Part shown: piece by piece, positions 24,564 to 37,871 of the stretch
Layout: each line of letters opens with the position of its first letter
Position numbering within the stretch: position 1 is the first letter of the stretch
Origin: Lytechinus pictus
Taxonomy: Eukaryota
NCBI RefSeq assembly: GCF_037042905.1
Contig: NC_087251.1
Location: 14,324,001 to 14,388,000 of the forward strand
Direction of reading: 5' to 3'
Length of the DNA: 64,000 bases
The notes under the pieces: model-generated
What the model saw: the letters and a program-made list of their open reading frames with translations, nothing else
Told to the model about the DNA's origin: nothing
Databases searched by the model: none
Position numbers and translations under genes: made by a program

Positions 24564-24944
24564 TGGCAATTTAAAGGCTCCGTAAAAATGTTCCGTTTCA
24601 ATACATCTATTTATAGTTACCCAACCCGAACCTCTTCAAATATCCTTTTTAGAGAATCCAAGAACAGCTCTTGCCCGAAGATCTATTAGACATACAGACC
24701 CCGACATGAGGAACTATCTTTCTCCTTATATTCGAACGTGCCCAACCAACGAAAATCCATTTTTTCTACTAAATATGAAACGAAAGGTTGATATGTATCA
24801 TATAATTATGTTCTATTTTTTCATTGCATGGTTCCATAATGTACCGCCACAAATAATGTATCTTTTGTTTGTGAGTATTATTATGCAAACACACTACCTA
24901 TATGTATATTATATGTATATAAAGCAACGAGTCATAGGTTTTCA

Positions 24945-26146
24945 CAGTGGCGTACCGTGGGTCACGGCATTGGGGGGGGGGGGCACCAGCAAAAATGTTG
25001 AGTCACTTCGTGAGCGCACGAAGCGCGCTCAGTTGCCAGGTATACTGACCTAATAGAGACATTTTAAAGACAATGCCATTAAACGGATATGTACCTCACT
25101 AATCAAATTATGCAAGCGCGAAGCGCGAGCTGAAAATGTTGATATACAGACTTAAAAAGGGACATTATAATCAATTTTTTGTAATCATGATACGTACCTG
25201 TCTCGCTAAACAATGCGAGCACGAAGCTCGAGCTGAAATTTTTGTATATATATTGACCCCAAACAAGGAGATTTTAAGGACTATATTTTAGGAATCCATT
25301 AAGAGTATACATATCTAACCATAGTCATCTAATGCGAGTGCCAAGCGCTTGCTGATTTTGTTAGAATTACATCTAAACACATGAAGCACTTGTAGTCATT
25401 GTAATCATGAATATCATACGCATCTTACTAATCAAACATTGCGAGCGAGAAGCGCGAGCTGAAAATTTAGATAATTCAGACCTGAAGAGGGGCATTTTAA
25501 GGCTTGTTTGTAGGAATTCACGAAGACCATACGTATTTCACTAATCAAGTGATTCGAGCGCGAAGCGCGAGCTGGAAATTTTTGATATTCACATCAGAAA
25601 AAAGGGACATTTCAAGGACTGATCCGTATTCATGGAGAGCAGACATATCTCACCAATCCACTAATGCGAACGTAATCACGGACAGGAAATGTTTTATATT
25701 AAGACCTTAACATGGGGCAATTACTTTAAGTAGACATGAAAAAGAAGCATATGTCACTACATAAACCAATAATAACTCGAAGTGCGAGGAAATATATTTG
25801 GTGTATATTGACTTGAAAACGGGAGGTTTTAGTACAACAGGATTATATATCTCATTAAACAGACAATGAAAGCACCAAGAACAGTGAAGACATAGGCCCT
25901 CGAAAATTATGTTTCATAAAGTTATGATAAAAATGTTTATTATGTAATGTAACATAACATAATTATAATATAAAATTATAATGAATAATAAGTTCTTCTT
26001 TCCCACTTCGTTTCTCTTCCTTTCTCCCTCGTTTCCTCCTTTTCCCCGTTTTTTTGTTTTGTTTTTTGTTGTTGTTTTTTTTGGTCAGCCGATTGGGGGG
26101 GCACGTGCCCCCCATGCCCCCCCCCCCCCCCGTAATTACGCCACTG
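24945..26146 (+). mobile_element. hAT-type non-autonomous element, family A
   Basis: TIR CAGTGGCGTA/TACGCCACTG; perfect 8-bp TSD GGTTTTCA. Confidence 0.85.
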
Positions 26147-29100
26147 GGTTTTCAGGCAGGATGTCTTCTATATTCTATGCAGTGTTACTCCTCTCTTCAT
26201 GTTGCCCTCTCTATTCAGTTCTCTCCCTCCCCTCTGTTTTTTCACCACCCTCACCCCGTAATTCTTATTCTATTCTTTAATTTGATGCTTGCATCATTGA
26301 TTGTATTCTTTTAGCTATTGTATACTGGTAATTTATGTATACATTTTGGACATCGCTCCCAAGCTCTTAGAGATTATGATGACCCTTTCATGTGTGTATA
26401 TTATCCCTGTGATTATACTTATGACAAATGTTGACAATGATGTATATATATGAATAAAATAAAATAAAAATCAAATCAAAATGCCCAAGGAAATGCCCAA
26501 AGGAATGTGCATGCGCAGATTCTTATCCCAATCTACCGTTTTCTTCCCTCCCTTCAGGCTCTAAAATGCTCTCACATCAATGTTCTGTTTTCCTGTTATT
26601 GTCAAGAAGATACCTTGAATGTAAGATTAATATCTGATGAAGAATCACTTTCTCTATAAATAAAGTCATATCAATTTCCTCACATCTCTCGTTATATATG
26701 TTAATTCATCTTAAGACGATTTTTTTAGGAGACCAGCCTTACTGTCTAAACTAACTCTTGGTTATTTGAGATGATTTCTCACTTGGGAAAGTTCATTAAT
26801 TTGTGAAAGTAATTCTTCATGTTCACGACCTTTTCCGACCTTTCGAACACCTTTTGAAATGACAGGCAATCTCCCATCGATTTGTTTACGTCTTTCCAAT
26901 TATACCTAAAAGCCAAAATCACATTTCGCATGAATCGGTGATGCATTATATTGGCATTGAATTGAAATTCAACCGAGTAGCTTTATTACGGGACGAATAT
27001 TTTAATTTGTTAATTAATGGGGGCGGAAACTTTCAAAAGGTCCTTAGGAATTATGCTCCTAGATACAGTTGGTATATCTCAACATTTGGCTGACATTTGG
27101 TCTATAAATCAAATGTCACATTTCTTAGAATAAAGATAAAACTAAAGTGCTCTTAACCATTACTCAAAAACGTATATATCCCCTCGTGTCTGAAATTCGC
27201 AATTTCAATACAAAGTTCGTCTTACTTTTGAAATGTTCTGTGATCCCGTCGTAAAGTCATTGGAGTTTACAATCTTTTTCCCCAAAGTATAATGCCCTCT
27301 CTACAAATCTTTTATCACAAAATGGGTAAACTTACGAATTAATATATTTTACCACTAATTGACAGATATACAATCACAAGAATTTCTTAAATCGACTCCA
27401 TTCACTTGCAAATCCACACGTAAAGTGTCAAAACATACATTTTGTTTCCGCCAGCTACTCTACAATTCTCCAGGGGGCATTTCGCCGCCATTTACACTGG
27501 AAATATTGATGTAGAGTTAATCTGTTATGTCAACAAGACTTATGATCACCATAGTATAGGTGTCAGGAAAAAAATAACAATACAGGTTGAACGGGTGCTT
27601 CATGAATGCTGATGTGTTGGCGTCACGCGATCTACCACTTTAAGGCTCCTCCCTTACTTTAAGGTGCTCTCAAATTGTGATCGAGTATCGTTAATAGGGA
27701 GTTTGCGCACCGCCATACAGAACACTTTAAAGAAAAAAGAAAATGAATTGTCAAATGCCCTTCATCATAAAGAGCAACCAAGAAGTCTTTGTCGAAAATT
27801 GGTGAATCAAAGCAGCGGTTTTGTCTTGGACTCTGGACAAATGACATATTACATTTTTTTTCGTCAGCTTCGAATCTTCGAACAAAACTGTTCTTCCGGT
27901 TCACCAATTATCGACAAAGCCCTACTAGCCGTCCATTGTGATTTGACTTGCTATTACAATACACTTACTGTGTTCGTGAAGACGTTCAACGATGCGGTGC
28001 GAAAAATCTCTATTGACCGGAAAAAGAGAGCTAACGATATAAAACGGGAACGTTTCACGTTTCAGAGAATGCTTAATACAAAAAAATAAAATAAAATAAC
28101 ATGAATAAGATGACAAATTAATACGAGGAAACTTCGATGGTGGTCATAATTATTTTGAATTTCAAATTATTTGTTTTGATTAGGATCCCATCGAAGAGCA
28201 GTGTCATTTTGTAAATGCCACTGAAATAGGCTTTCCTCCGATGCAAATATTTATTGATTTTCATGTATTTTATTATATGGAAATAAAAGCAAATAAATAA
28301 TGTGCTGCAAAAAAAATAATCATCTTTGATCAGAACAACTTTATAAGATGCCTCTCATTGGATTTCCGTTCTCATTTGGGTAAAATGATGACGTTACTGT
28401 TATCGTTGTCGATGTCTTATTTAGATTGCGTGCTAATGGGTCGTTTGACATAATCGACATAGAACTGTATAAAAAGAAGGATTCAAATGAATAAAGATTC
28501 AAGTATCAGTCACAATGCAACAAATCACCGCAAATATGCACCCCTTTGCAAACAGGGAATACCAGAAAAGGGGCCTTTTGTAATCATGCACGTTCACAAA
28601 CAGGCGGATATCATATATGAAGGCTACTTGCGAATTGTTGTTATATTTCATTTGTTATATTACATTTGTTGTTATATTTCAGGTACCGAGTGAAAAAAAA
28701 TCACGTGACAAATTGTATTTGTCCATCATACACAAGGTGGATTTCTGCGTTTCGCTGATCTTTCGAGCTTTTATCTATACTCATATCGGGCGTTATTGTT
28801 ATATGGAGGATACATTGTGTATATTATCTTTGTTAAAAGTCAATTGCACTGTGTAGGATCTTAAAAAGTCATTTGTACTGTGTACTATACACACATAAAC
28901 TCAAGTTTAATAAAACAAGCATCGACAGGAATTAAAACAATCAAAGACACGCAACAAAGAATGCTCAATCCCCTTAGCTTTGCGTTAATGTGCAATTTAG
29001 GTCTAAAAACATAAAACAAATAATCACCCTTTTGACCAGTGAATGGGATAAACTACCACTTCGTATCTAAAGCGATATGAAGGTAGATCTCTTTCCTAGG

Positions 29101-31217
29101 TTTTGAATGCCTTGGGATCCAAATTGTTTGTCCCACTACATTCGCCAACAGTAATTACACGCTTACTATACATGTATTATCCAAGAAACCATACATAAAT
29201 GCATACACAGTATTTTAGTCGCTAACCATTTACCAAGAAAACTCATAAAGATACTATAGTGATATTATGATCGAACTTTAAAATGTTAAACACATTTCAA
29301 AAGTGCATCCATGAAGAACACCCTGATGCATTAATACAAATGGAGAAAATTGAACCTCGGAGTGAACCATAACAATTTTTGGAAAGTACATTTCGCACGC
29401 TTGGCGCCATTTTAGTTCGATTTTTTGTTCTTCCCTTCTGTAAAATGCAGGTCAATCTCAGAAGCCAGGTTCCGGTATTTAAGAGAGAATAGTTGAACAT
29501 GATTTGCGTGCTCGGCTAAGGGGAGTGTTTCTGTCTTAAGGTTGAGAGGAAACCAAATCAATTTAGGACCCATAATGGGAGTTATTATTTACCATCATCT
29601 TTTCCACCTATTCCCTTGGACGTGACACTGTTTAGAGCCTTCTCGTTTTAAGGACATTGTTAGAGACGAATGGCTGGAATAGCTCAAGGGTTGTTGAATA
29701 GGAAAATGAAGAAAGTATAATACCACATGTAATGTTGTATTGAGTACAACAATAAGCTTTTTGGGAAAATGAGATATAAGCAAGCTTATAATGTGACGAA
29801 AAAAATGAGATAGAGAGGAGAGAGAGAGAGGGGGGGTGGAGTGGAGGCAAAAGGTGGAGGCGAGAATGGATGATGGAGGAGAGAATAGGAATGAGAGAGG
29901 GGGATACTGTGTTTTTATGTGTGGAAGATGGAGGATCAAGAGAGGGGAGAGAGTGTGGACGACGGAGGATGGAGGAGAGAGAGGACCTATTAATAGATCC
30001 ATAATGTTCGAAATATATTAGTGAATGCTAATAGCAAAATGAATAGAAAAGCGAAAAGGGGAGTGTGATAAGAGAAGAACACTTACAAGAACATGGGAGA
30101 TTGATATAATGTGCGTGACAGAGAGAGAGAGGGAGAGAGAGAGAATAGATACAGGATGAGAAAGTGAGGAAAAACAAGAGAGGGGGAGGGGGAGGCGAAA
30201 AGGAAATGGGAGGGAAATAAGCTGGGATGAATAATCCAGGGATGCTAAAAGCTCATTCCATAATGCAAGCTCTTGCCGTGAGCACCAATATAGTATAACC
30301 CAAAAATTAATTAAGAGAGAAATAAAAAGATATTCATGATTAAGGAAACTATCCTTGATGATTGGCAGGAGGACAAACTGAACGCTGAAAGGCGATCTAG
30401 GTCAAATACTGTACATTATTAGGGATCCTCTCTTTCTTGTGATCAATTTAATATACTGGATATAAGCCTCAAGGTTAATAAGATAGTTTGGAATTCGAGA
30501 TAGATACTGTAATCGGCAAAATGATCACCTCACATCAAGATACTTCTATTTTTAATTTCATCCAATTTCAGTTCAGAATGGCAGTTGCACACTTAAGTAT
30601 TGATTAATCATTTCATAACAATCTGAAATATTTTATTCTTGGAGACCACGATATTAAACACAGTTAAGGCAGTTGATTGAAAAAATATGTTGAGTAAAAT
30701 CTTAGTCTAACGATTTCAAATTGGAAGCCCCAAAAGACGTTTTATGTATATTTAAGCATCTAAAGATGCCTACAAAGTCGTTTATTTTCTTTATTTTAGT
30801 CACAGAGTCATGATATGCTGAATGAAATTGATTCTATCTAATACATTTGGCATGTAACAGTAGTCAATCGGATGGATATTCAGGGAAACTAAATGAATAT
30901 GATGCGTTTGAAAAGTGCAACACAATAGGATATTTTTAAAAGGATGACATTTTCTAGTTTATTTTTAAGCGTGACTCTAGCCTCAACCCCCACCCCTACG
31001 CCAATTTACAGACTCTAGTGATTTATTATTCTAGGGGGGGGGGGGGTCCAGAGTCAGAGGGGTTACCAAAACCTTTGGTTGATGATACATAGTAGACTGG
31101 AGTGTGATACCAACACCCTAAAAATCCATTAATATTCTGAATGATAATGCCAAGAACGTTCATGTTTGTAAGTAAAGATATGCAACAACAGGTGTAGAAA
31201 TCAAGTAGACAACATAC

Positions 31218-31532
31218 CCCTGATGAATCTGGAGGGTACCAATTATTCTCTGTCTGGATACCAATTGTTGATACTGGAGTTGGTTGCTTAATTCCGTCAA
31301 AGGCATCCACGCCCACGGATGGACCTAATCCAGGAGCAGCTAGGTTATTATTCTCCACCACTAGCCCATCACTACGTTTCTCATCTGATGCACCTCCTCG
31401 AAACTTAACCTCGTCCGGTGAGGGAGCGAATGATGCGGATGATGTTCCATTCACATCAGGAGGAACTGGTATTTGCTGATGGAGGGATTGATGCGATCCG
31501 TTGCGCACGGGCTTAGAATGACAGCAGCCCAT
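31218..31532 (-). CDS. Coding exon 1: MGCCHSK... N-terminal acylation signal plus low-complexity linker (105 aa); exon probably extends to 31680 as 5'UTR
   Basis: ATG in good context (AACATGG). Phase-0 donor GGG|GTATGT at 31217 matches the phase-0 acceptor at 21023. Strong acceptor TTTTCTTTTATCTTTCAG at 31681. Confidence 0.75.
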
Positions 31533-34500
31533 GTTATTAGGTGGGGCGGACGCGTGTCCGCCAGATGAAGTAGGGATTCAACTTACGCACTTAATGTAAA
31601 GGATGTTAAGTTACTTTGAGGGATGGACCTTTTCACACAAACCGTTTCAGTCTATCAGAGATGACATGATGAAAGGATATCTGAAAGATAAAAGAAAATC
31701 GGAATAGTTCATGATTAAGCACACCTTCAACAATATATCTATTTTGGACAACTTGACGTATCGGCCAGGGACCGTGTATAAATTTATTTCAAGGAAATAC
31801 GGGAATGACATCTGTACTTATAATAAGTAAACCTTAGCTTTGAGAAAGGGTGTCAGTTCAGTCACATGTAATTATGCCAAATGAATGTGACTAAATTCAT
31901 ATTTTAAAAGACCTACTTGTGATATCCATACATCTCATTATAGAACCCAACTAAGCATGAGTAAGGGTCCGATTCGTCGTTTTGCTTCTTCACTTGGTTT
32001 TTCAAATCACTGCTTTAAATTATGTCATCACATGAAGGTGGAATATGCAATAGTTACAGAAATGAATCCCCCAAATTGAAGAGAAACAGAAACGTTGTTT
32101 TGCTTAAAAGTAGGAAATCAAGGAAAAAAAGTTTGCGATTTATTCGAATCGAAACCAATTACCCACAACACCACCACTTTTCAGGAGCTCGACCTGGTTG
32201 TTAATATTATTTTTATCAATAATTCAATATTAGAAGAATATCCTTTTCGCCACCCTAACCTGATCAAATTACATTGGCTTTAACAAACAAATATAGAAGT
32301 TAAAATGTCAGAAATTCAAGTATAGCAACAAAGTCTATCATAAACAAGGGAAGGTTTACACCAGGTGATTATAATTCATAAGCATGCATGTTACTTATTG
32401 GAATGCCTATTGTAATTTATTGAAAAATCTTAATTTATTTAGGAATATAACATTTGTTCACTTCATTGTAAAGATGTGTATTCAAAGAGTTCTGCCTTGG
32501 CGTCAGCGTCAAATGTAGAAACAAATTATTTTTCAGTATTAATTTACAGGTATTCATTCCACCATATAATGGAAATGGAGCCATGGCATGCATTGGATGA
32601 CTGTGCAATATTTTAACCAGGAGCATCCTAAAATGTTCTTCATATTATTACTAACCGTCGTATTAATACTTCTGTACATGTATATCACTTTCAAATTATC
32701 CCTATGATCCGATGATATGTAAAGCCACACGCATCTTCCTTCCGCCTGGACCTATATTCATATTTCTCTTTATTACCCCTTATCAGATCTATCAGATGGT
32801 ATCAGTACCTCCTACCAATAATGATGAGGTAGGAGGATACCCCCTTGGGAGCTCTTTCTCCCAGGTAAGTCTGATGGATATGATGATACTGGGCCTATAC
32901 TGCACACTACAATTGTACGGAGAAGACTACATTGTTAAAATTAAGCCGATTCCAATTTATGAAATTGGGCACGATTAGTACAAAGTTAGTCATGTACATT
33001 TTTAGCGGTTTTCCGATATCCACTTTGTGCCATTTTGGATTAAAAAGTTTTTTTTTTATTTATCACAGTTCGTAATTAAATTGTTTTATTACTCATCCTG
33101 TGCAGTTTTCGTGAATGTACATAACGTTCTCAACTGTGACGACGAAGAAGAAAATCACTTATTAGGAATCAGACCATTTGTATATAGAAAAATGTCCCCT
33201 TAGACTATAATATCTGTCTACACATACATGTGAATATGAACATAAAAAGCAAAAACATTCATTTCGATATGATATTTCTGTAAGAACCGTGCCCATTATA
33301 CTACTTTTATTCATGATCTTCTCTCAGAGCGAATCAGAAATCATTTACACATTCTCCCATGACAATGCAATTATCCCTTTTGCATGACATAAAGGATGCT
33401 ATTTTAAAAAGACGACAGACAGATCAAAAAAATTTATTGCAACAGAGTTATCTTTTCACTATAATTTTCAGATTGCCTTTTTTCATTATCAGTTTAAAGG
33501 AATACAATATATAGTGATAATGGGAGATAAATCCTGCTGAAAGTAGGATTACTCTGCATGTATTAAAAGATGTATTTGAAATCGTGTGACTTTCTTTCCA
33601 CGAATTCCGGCGAATTATTTTTTTGCCAATAATGGTGAAACTCAGCGATAAGGCTCAAATGCCTCCAACCCGATAATATGAACAAGAAACTTGAAGCAAA
33701 TAAAATGATACGCATGTGCTGCATCTACATCATCTACAGATGTATTAAATATTCAGCCTCGATATTACATTGTTCTTGAGCTTCCCTCTAAAACAATTTA
33801 CAGACAATGAAAGCCATAACCAATGAAGCCATAACCTTATAATATAATGTACATTTCATAACAAATTATTCATCTAATCAAAATCAGAGAGATGGAATAC
33901 TTGTCTATGAGTTTTGATAACATCGAGAAATATATTGCTGCAACTGAAGCTTCATCATCAAAGCTTGAAAATGAAACAAATCCGAACAAAATTGCTTATT
34001 GCTTACCCAAATCGCGAGTTTTCTTCCTCACAAACAGTAGTCTATGGTGTTAACATTGTTCATGATTTTTCCGATGGAGTGAACTTATCTTCGTGGTTTC
34101 GCAAGTGTAAATGATATTGTTGGGGCATTTTAATGGTTTATATAGTGAACAGAGAACATCAGGAATTTCAAAGGTGAAGGTCTTGAAATATCATGTATGG
34201 GAAAATATTAATCAATATTATGTTAACACCATTCATAGGTGGTTACGTGATGCGCGTGCATGAGAGGGCTTTTGTAAGCTGCGGTATTGGCTTATAGGAG
34301 TGGTCAAATATTTCAAACTATTATTCCAAAGTCATGGCCCCTTTCTCACTCTATCTACTTCTGGATATATCTTTAAATTCCTTGTCACCTGAACTGCAAA
34401 ATTTACGGTTTTATGTTTTTCTTTTCTTCAATTATCCGAGAGGAGAAAGATTAAAATTCCATTCGACTAAGGTCGCGGACAAAAACGTGACTTTGTCAAA

Positions 34501-34682
34501 TTTGAGCGCTGTATTATTTATGACGATGAGCTCCCGTAATAACAAAAAACATGCCGATAGCTCACCAACACTTCCCATTCAACAGAAACAAGTACAATAT
34601 AATGTTCTTTTGTTGAAATACATATTTTTCGATAACAAGACCTAACATTCTAATAAACGCGTTATTATTATACTCCGTATTC

Positions 34683-35995
34683 CAGGGGCGGATCCACCCT
34701 TCGCCAATGGGGGGGGGGGGGGGGGGCTCGAATTTTTTCAGCCGTATTTTCCCCGATCGGCCGCTCGAGGTTGACTTTTGTTTGTTTCTTTGAAGGGGTA
34801 GTCCTAATAGTCATTTTTTCGCTTTATTCTTATAAATCAACATAAATATATTATAATCTCATAAACCTTATTAGTGTGAGCGCGAAGCGCGAGCTGAACT
34901 TTTTTGAAATTTCATGAATTTGACCTAAAATTCTGGGCAATGTTTGTGATCCTGAACAGATGTGTATGCAACTAAATCATTACAGCGAGCGCAAAGCGCG
35001 AGGAGAAATTTTTAATATACGTTTTGATCTGATCGAAAAGTAATCTGTTAAGGACTGCTTGCACTAAGACATGAAGACGTTACATATTTTAACAATCAGA
35101 TAATGCGAGCGCAAAGCGGGTCCTGAAAATTTTTGACAATAATTTTTACCAAAAAAAATGAAAATTCCAAGCACTTTTTGTAATCGTGAACAGGATAGGA
35201 AGGTTTAAAATAATTAAACAATTGATGCGAGCGCGAAGCGCGAGCGGAAAAACCGAGATTTAGACCTAAAAAGGGGGCACTCTATTTATGTTTTGTAATC
35301 ATAAAAGGATTAGTACTTGGGGATCTTCCTTAACATGCGCGCGTGTGTTTCAAATTTAGACTTAGAATCTGGGCATTCTGAATGCACTTTTCATCATGAA
35401 AATATAGCGAGCGCGAAGCGCGAGCTTAAATATTTGATATTTCGATCTGAAAAGGGGTCAACTTAAGCTCTATATTTCAAGCACTTTGTAGGAAAATTAT
35501 GAGGTGGATATGGATCGCAAATAACTAATAACAAAGAGCTAATATTTCTCATTATGATTGCTTTGAGTTTTGACATAGGGCTGGGAGATTCTAAGGACAT
35601 TTTGTCATCATATGAAAAATAATTACTATCTTCCTATTCCTCTTCCTAAGCGCGAGATGAAACTTGTCGATATTCCATTCTGAAAAAAGAATAATTTAAT
35701 TATTGAATCAATATCATATTGATTAATTTGAGAACGCGAAATCTGTTAATATTCTGGCCTGAAAACTTGACATTTTAAGCAGTTTTGTAATTATGAATAG
35801 AATGAATGATTTGGTATTTTTTAACAATTAATGCGAGCGCAAATCTCGAGCCAAATTTTTTGATACGCTGTCATGAAATGGGGATTTTAAGTTTGTTAAA
35901 GAATTAATAGTGAGATGAGATATACATAACTCACCAATGGAAATGCGAGCGTGCAGTGCTAGATGACTCGGCCCCCCCCCCTGGACCCGCCTATA
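34683..35995 (+). mobile_element. hAT-like non-autonomous element, family B
   Basis: CAGGGGCGGATCCA...TGGACCCGCCTAT; homologous to 49162-50977; TSD not recognisable. Confidence 0.7.
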
Positions 35996-37871
35996 TGGGA
36001 ATATGCGGCTTTAAAAATGGGCAACATTTCATTCTCCTCGTGATTATAAGAAATGAAAGTGGATATTTTTAATCAACAGAATTAGATTACCATTTATTAT
36101 TCATATATCTGGTATGGACCTTTGATACAAAATGCTATGTCCTTTTCTAGGTCACAAACCATACAAAATAGTCCATATTAATATAAATGAACATCACATG
36201 AAAAAGATTCAAACATTAAAAAAGTGGTCAATATCAAGTTTACCAACCGCAAGGAGTAGGGGCTTGCGTAATTTAGCTAATGTTCCCTTGGGTTTTTACC
36301 ATTGTCTGAAGATATACGTTACTGAACTGCTCGGATATTCCTCGGAATATCCAAATTAATGAAATAACGTTCATGACTATATATTGCTTTCGTTGCTTCA
36401 CAAGCCTAGCTATATAGCTTCACGGAGCATCTAATATCAATATGACAAAGGCAGACAACTATGACAGCACATCGAACATTTTTCATTTTGTTTTGGGTTG
36501 TCGCGTTCCTCGAAACTGATTGATCAACGAATATCGAGTTAAGTTTGTACTCTGAATTTGATTATATCGAATCTGTAAATTTCAAAACGGAAAAGGGGTC
36601 ACCTTCCTGAAATTTGATTTCCCGTGGCCATTTTCCTTTTTGGCAGCGATCAAAATCAAAAGCACCAAACACGTTGTTTTACAGACAGTAAGTTTGATTG
36701 AATCGGACGTTTTGAATAGAGTTGGGAGGTGTTTGACAATAACACCGTTTGAGAGTAATATATTGCATTATAGAGAATAAATGATCTTCTGGCAAGCTGA
36801 CAGTTTGGTTCGATATGATAAACAGGAAGATAGGTCTACTGACAATCTAAACAAAAGCATATGATTGGAGTTTTGTGCGTCAAAAGTAAAGGAAGTATAT
36901 CAGTTACGCCTATATCTCAGATGTAGATCCTTAATCAGTCTGATGAATTCTAAATTAATTGTGAATTAATTTTAAATCGATCATGAATGAATCGTGGACA
37001 TTATAGTGATTACTACGTTATATTCCGAGTAATTAATACTAATTTCATTCTACTGAACTGAAATGTGTGTTTTTGTTTAATCTAAATGGTCAAAAATGAC
37101 TTTTAAAAATATATTTTGTGAGGCAATTTCTCGGAAAATTATCATTGAATGGTATATTGAATCAGAAGGGGAGAAGAACTGTTGCGCATCCTGCAATATT
37201 GTCTTATACAAGGCAAACATCCTAATTTTCTTGTATTTTTGTATTTTATATTTATTCTATGAACTTGTCCTGGAGTGTAACTGCAAGCCTGCAACCGATA
37301 TCACAAATCAGGAATAAGATTAAATATAGGGCAATGCCAACAACAAAAAGAAAACACGACTGATCATACGAGGTCAGCAAGTTAAACAAGATGACTACAC
37401 AGGCAAAGAATGATGATGTTTGTTTGGAGTAAATACGGACGTGTGTAACAACCCACCAGCTGAGTTTTAATCCTTTAAGTATATTGTAAAAGGCTTCTTG
37501 AAATCTCTCCACCACACCATCGTCTTTATTCAGGTGTCTTCCTTGAAATACACCGATTGGTGATTGATATTAACTATAAACTTATCCAATTTTCCGTTTG
37601 AATAAGACAAAACTAAAAAAATAATGATAATATCTTCAGTGACGTCATACGCGGTGAATTTATAAATCAGTGTTATATCCGATATAAAATGCTTCAATCC
37701 CACCCCGAAACCATAGAAACCAAATCCAGAACGACAAAGTATGATAAGTTATTACACACGACAGACCATTTGTTGGTGGGACGGTAGCATTACATTTATA
37801 ATAAGTTAATGCTAATATAGAATTCTTTCACGTAGTTATGCAATTATCTTGTTATCTTTTATGATTATAAT

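Larger units (their letters stand above)
101..31532 (-). other. Multi-domain (at least 10 domain) neuroglobin-like globin gene with N-terminal acylation motif; 3' end lies outside the window
   Basis: 21 exons with GT-AG sites join into one open frame of 4881 nt. Each domain has A-helix Trp, B10 Phe, CD1 Phe (LFPF/LFSF), E7 His (Gln in domain 5) and F8 His (xRH). The link to the 5' exon at 31218 is inferred from phase and splice-site quality. Confidence 0.9.

Noticed and set aside
27438..27492. Alternative first coding exon MAAKCPLENCRVAGGNK (minus strand)
   Set aside because: Its apparent donor is phase 2, which is incompatible with the phase-0 downstream exons.
27664..28089. 141-aa plus-strand ORF
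   Set aside because: It has a non-ATG start, no recognisable domain and no supporting exon structure, and lies antisense within a globin intron.
29595..30230. Ser/Leu/Pro-rich ORFs
   Set aside because: They are translations of a purine-rich low-complexity tract.
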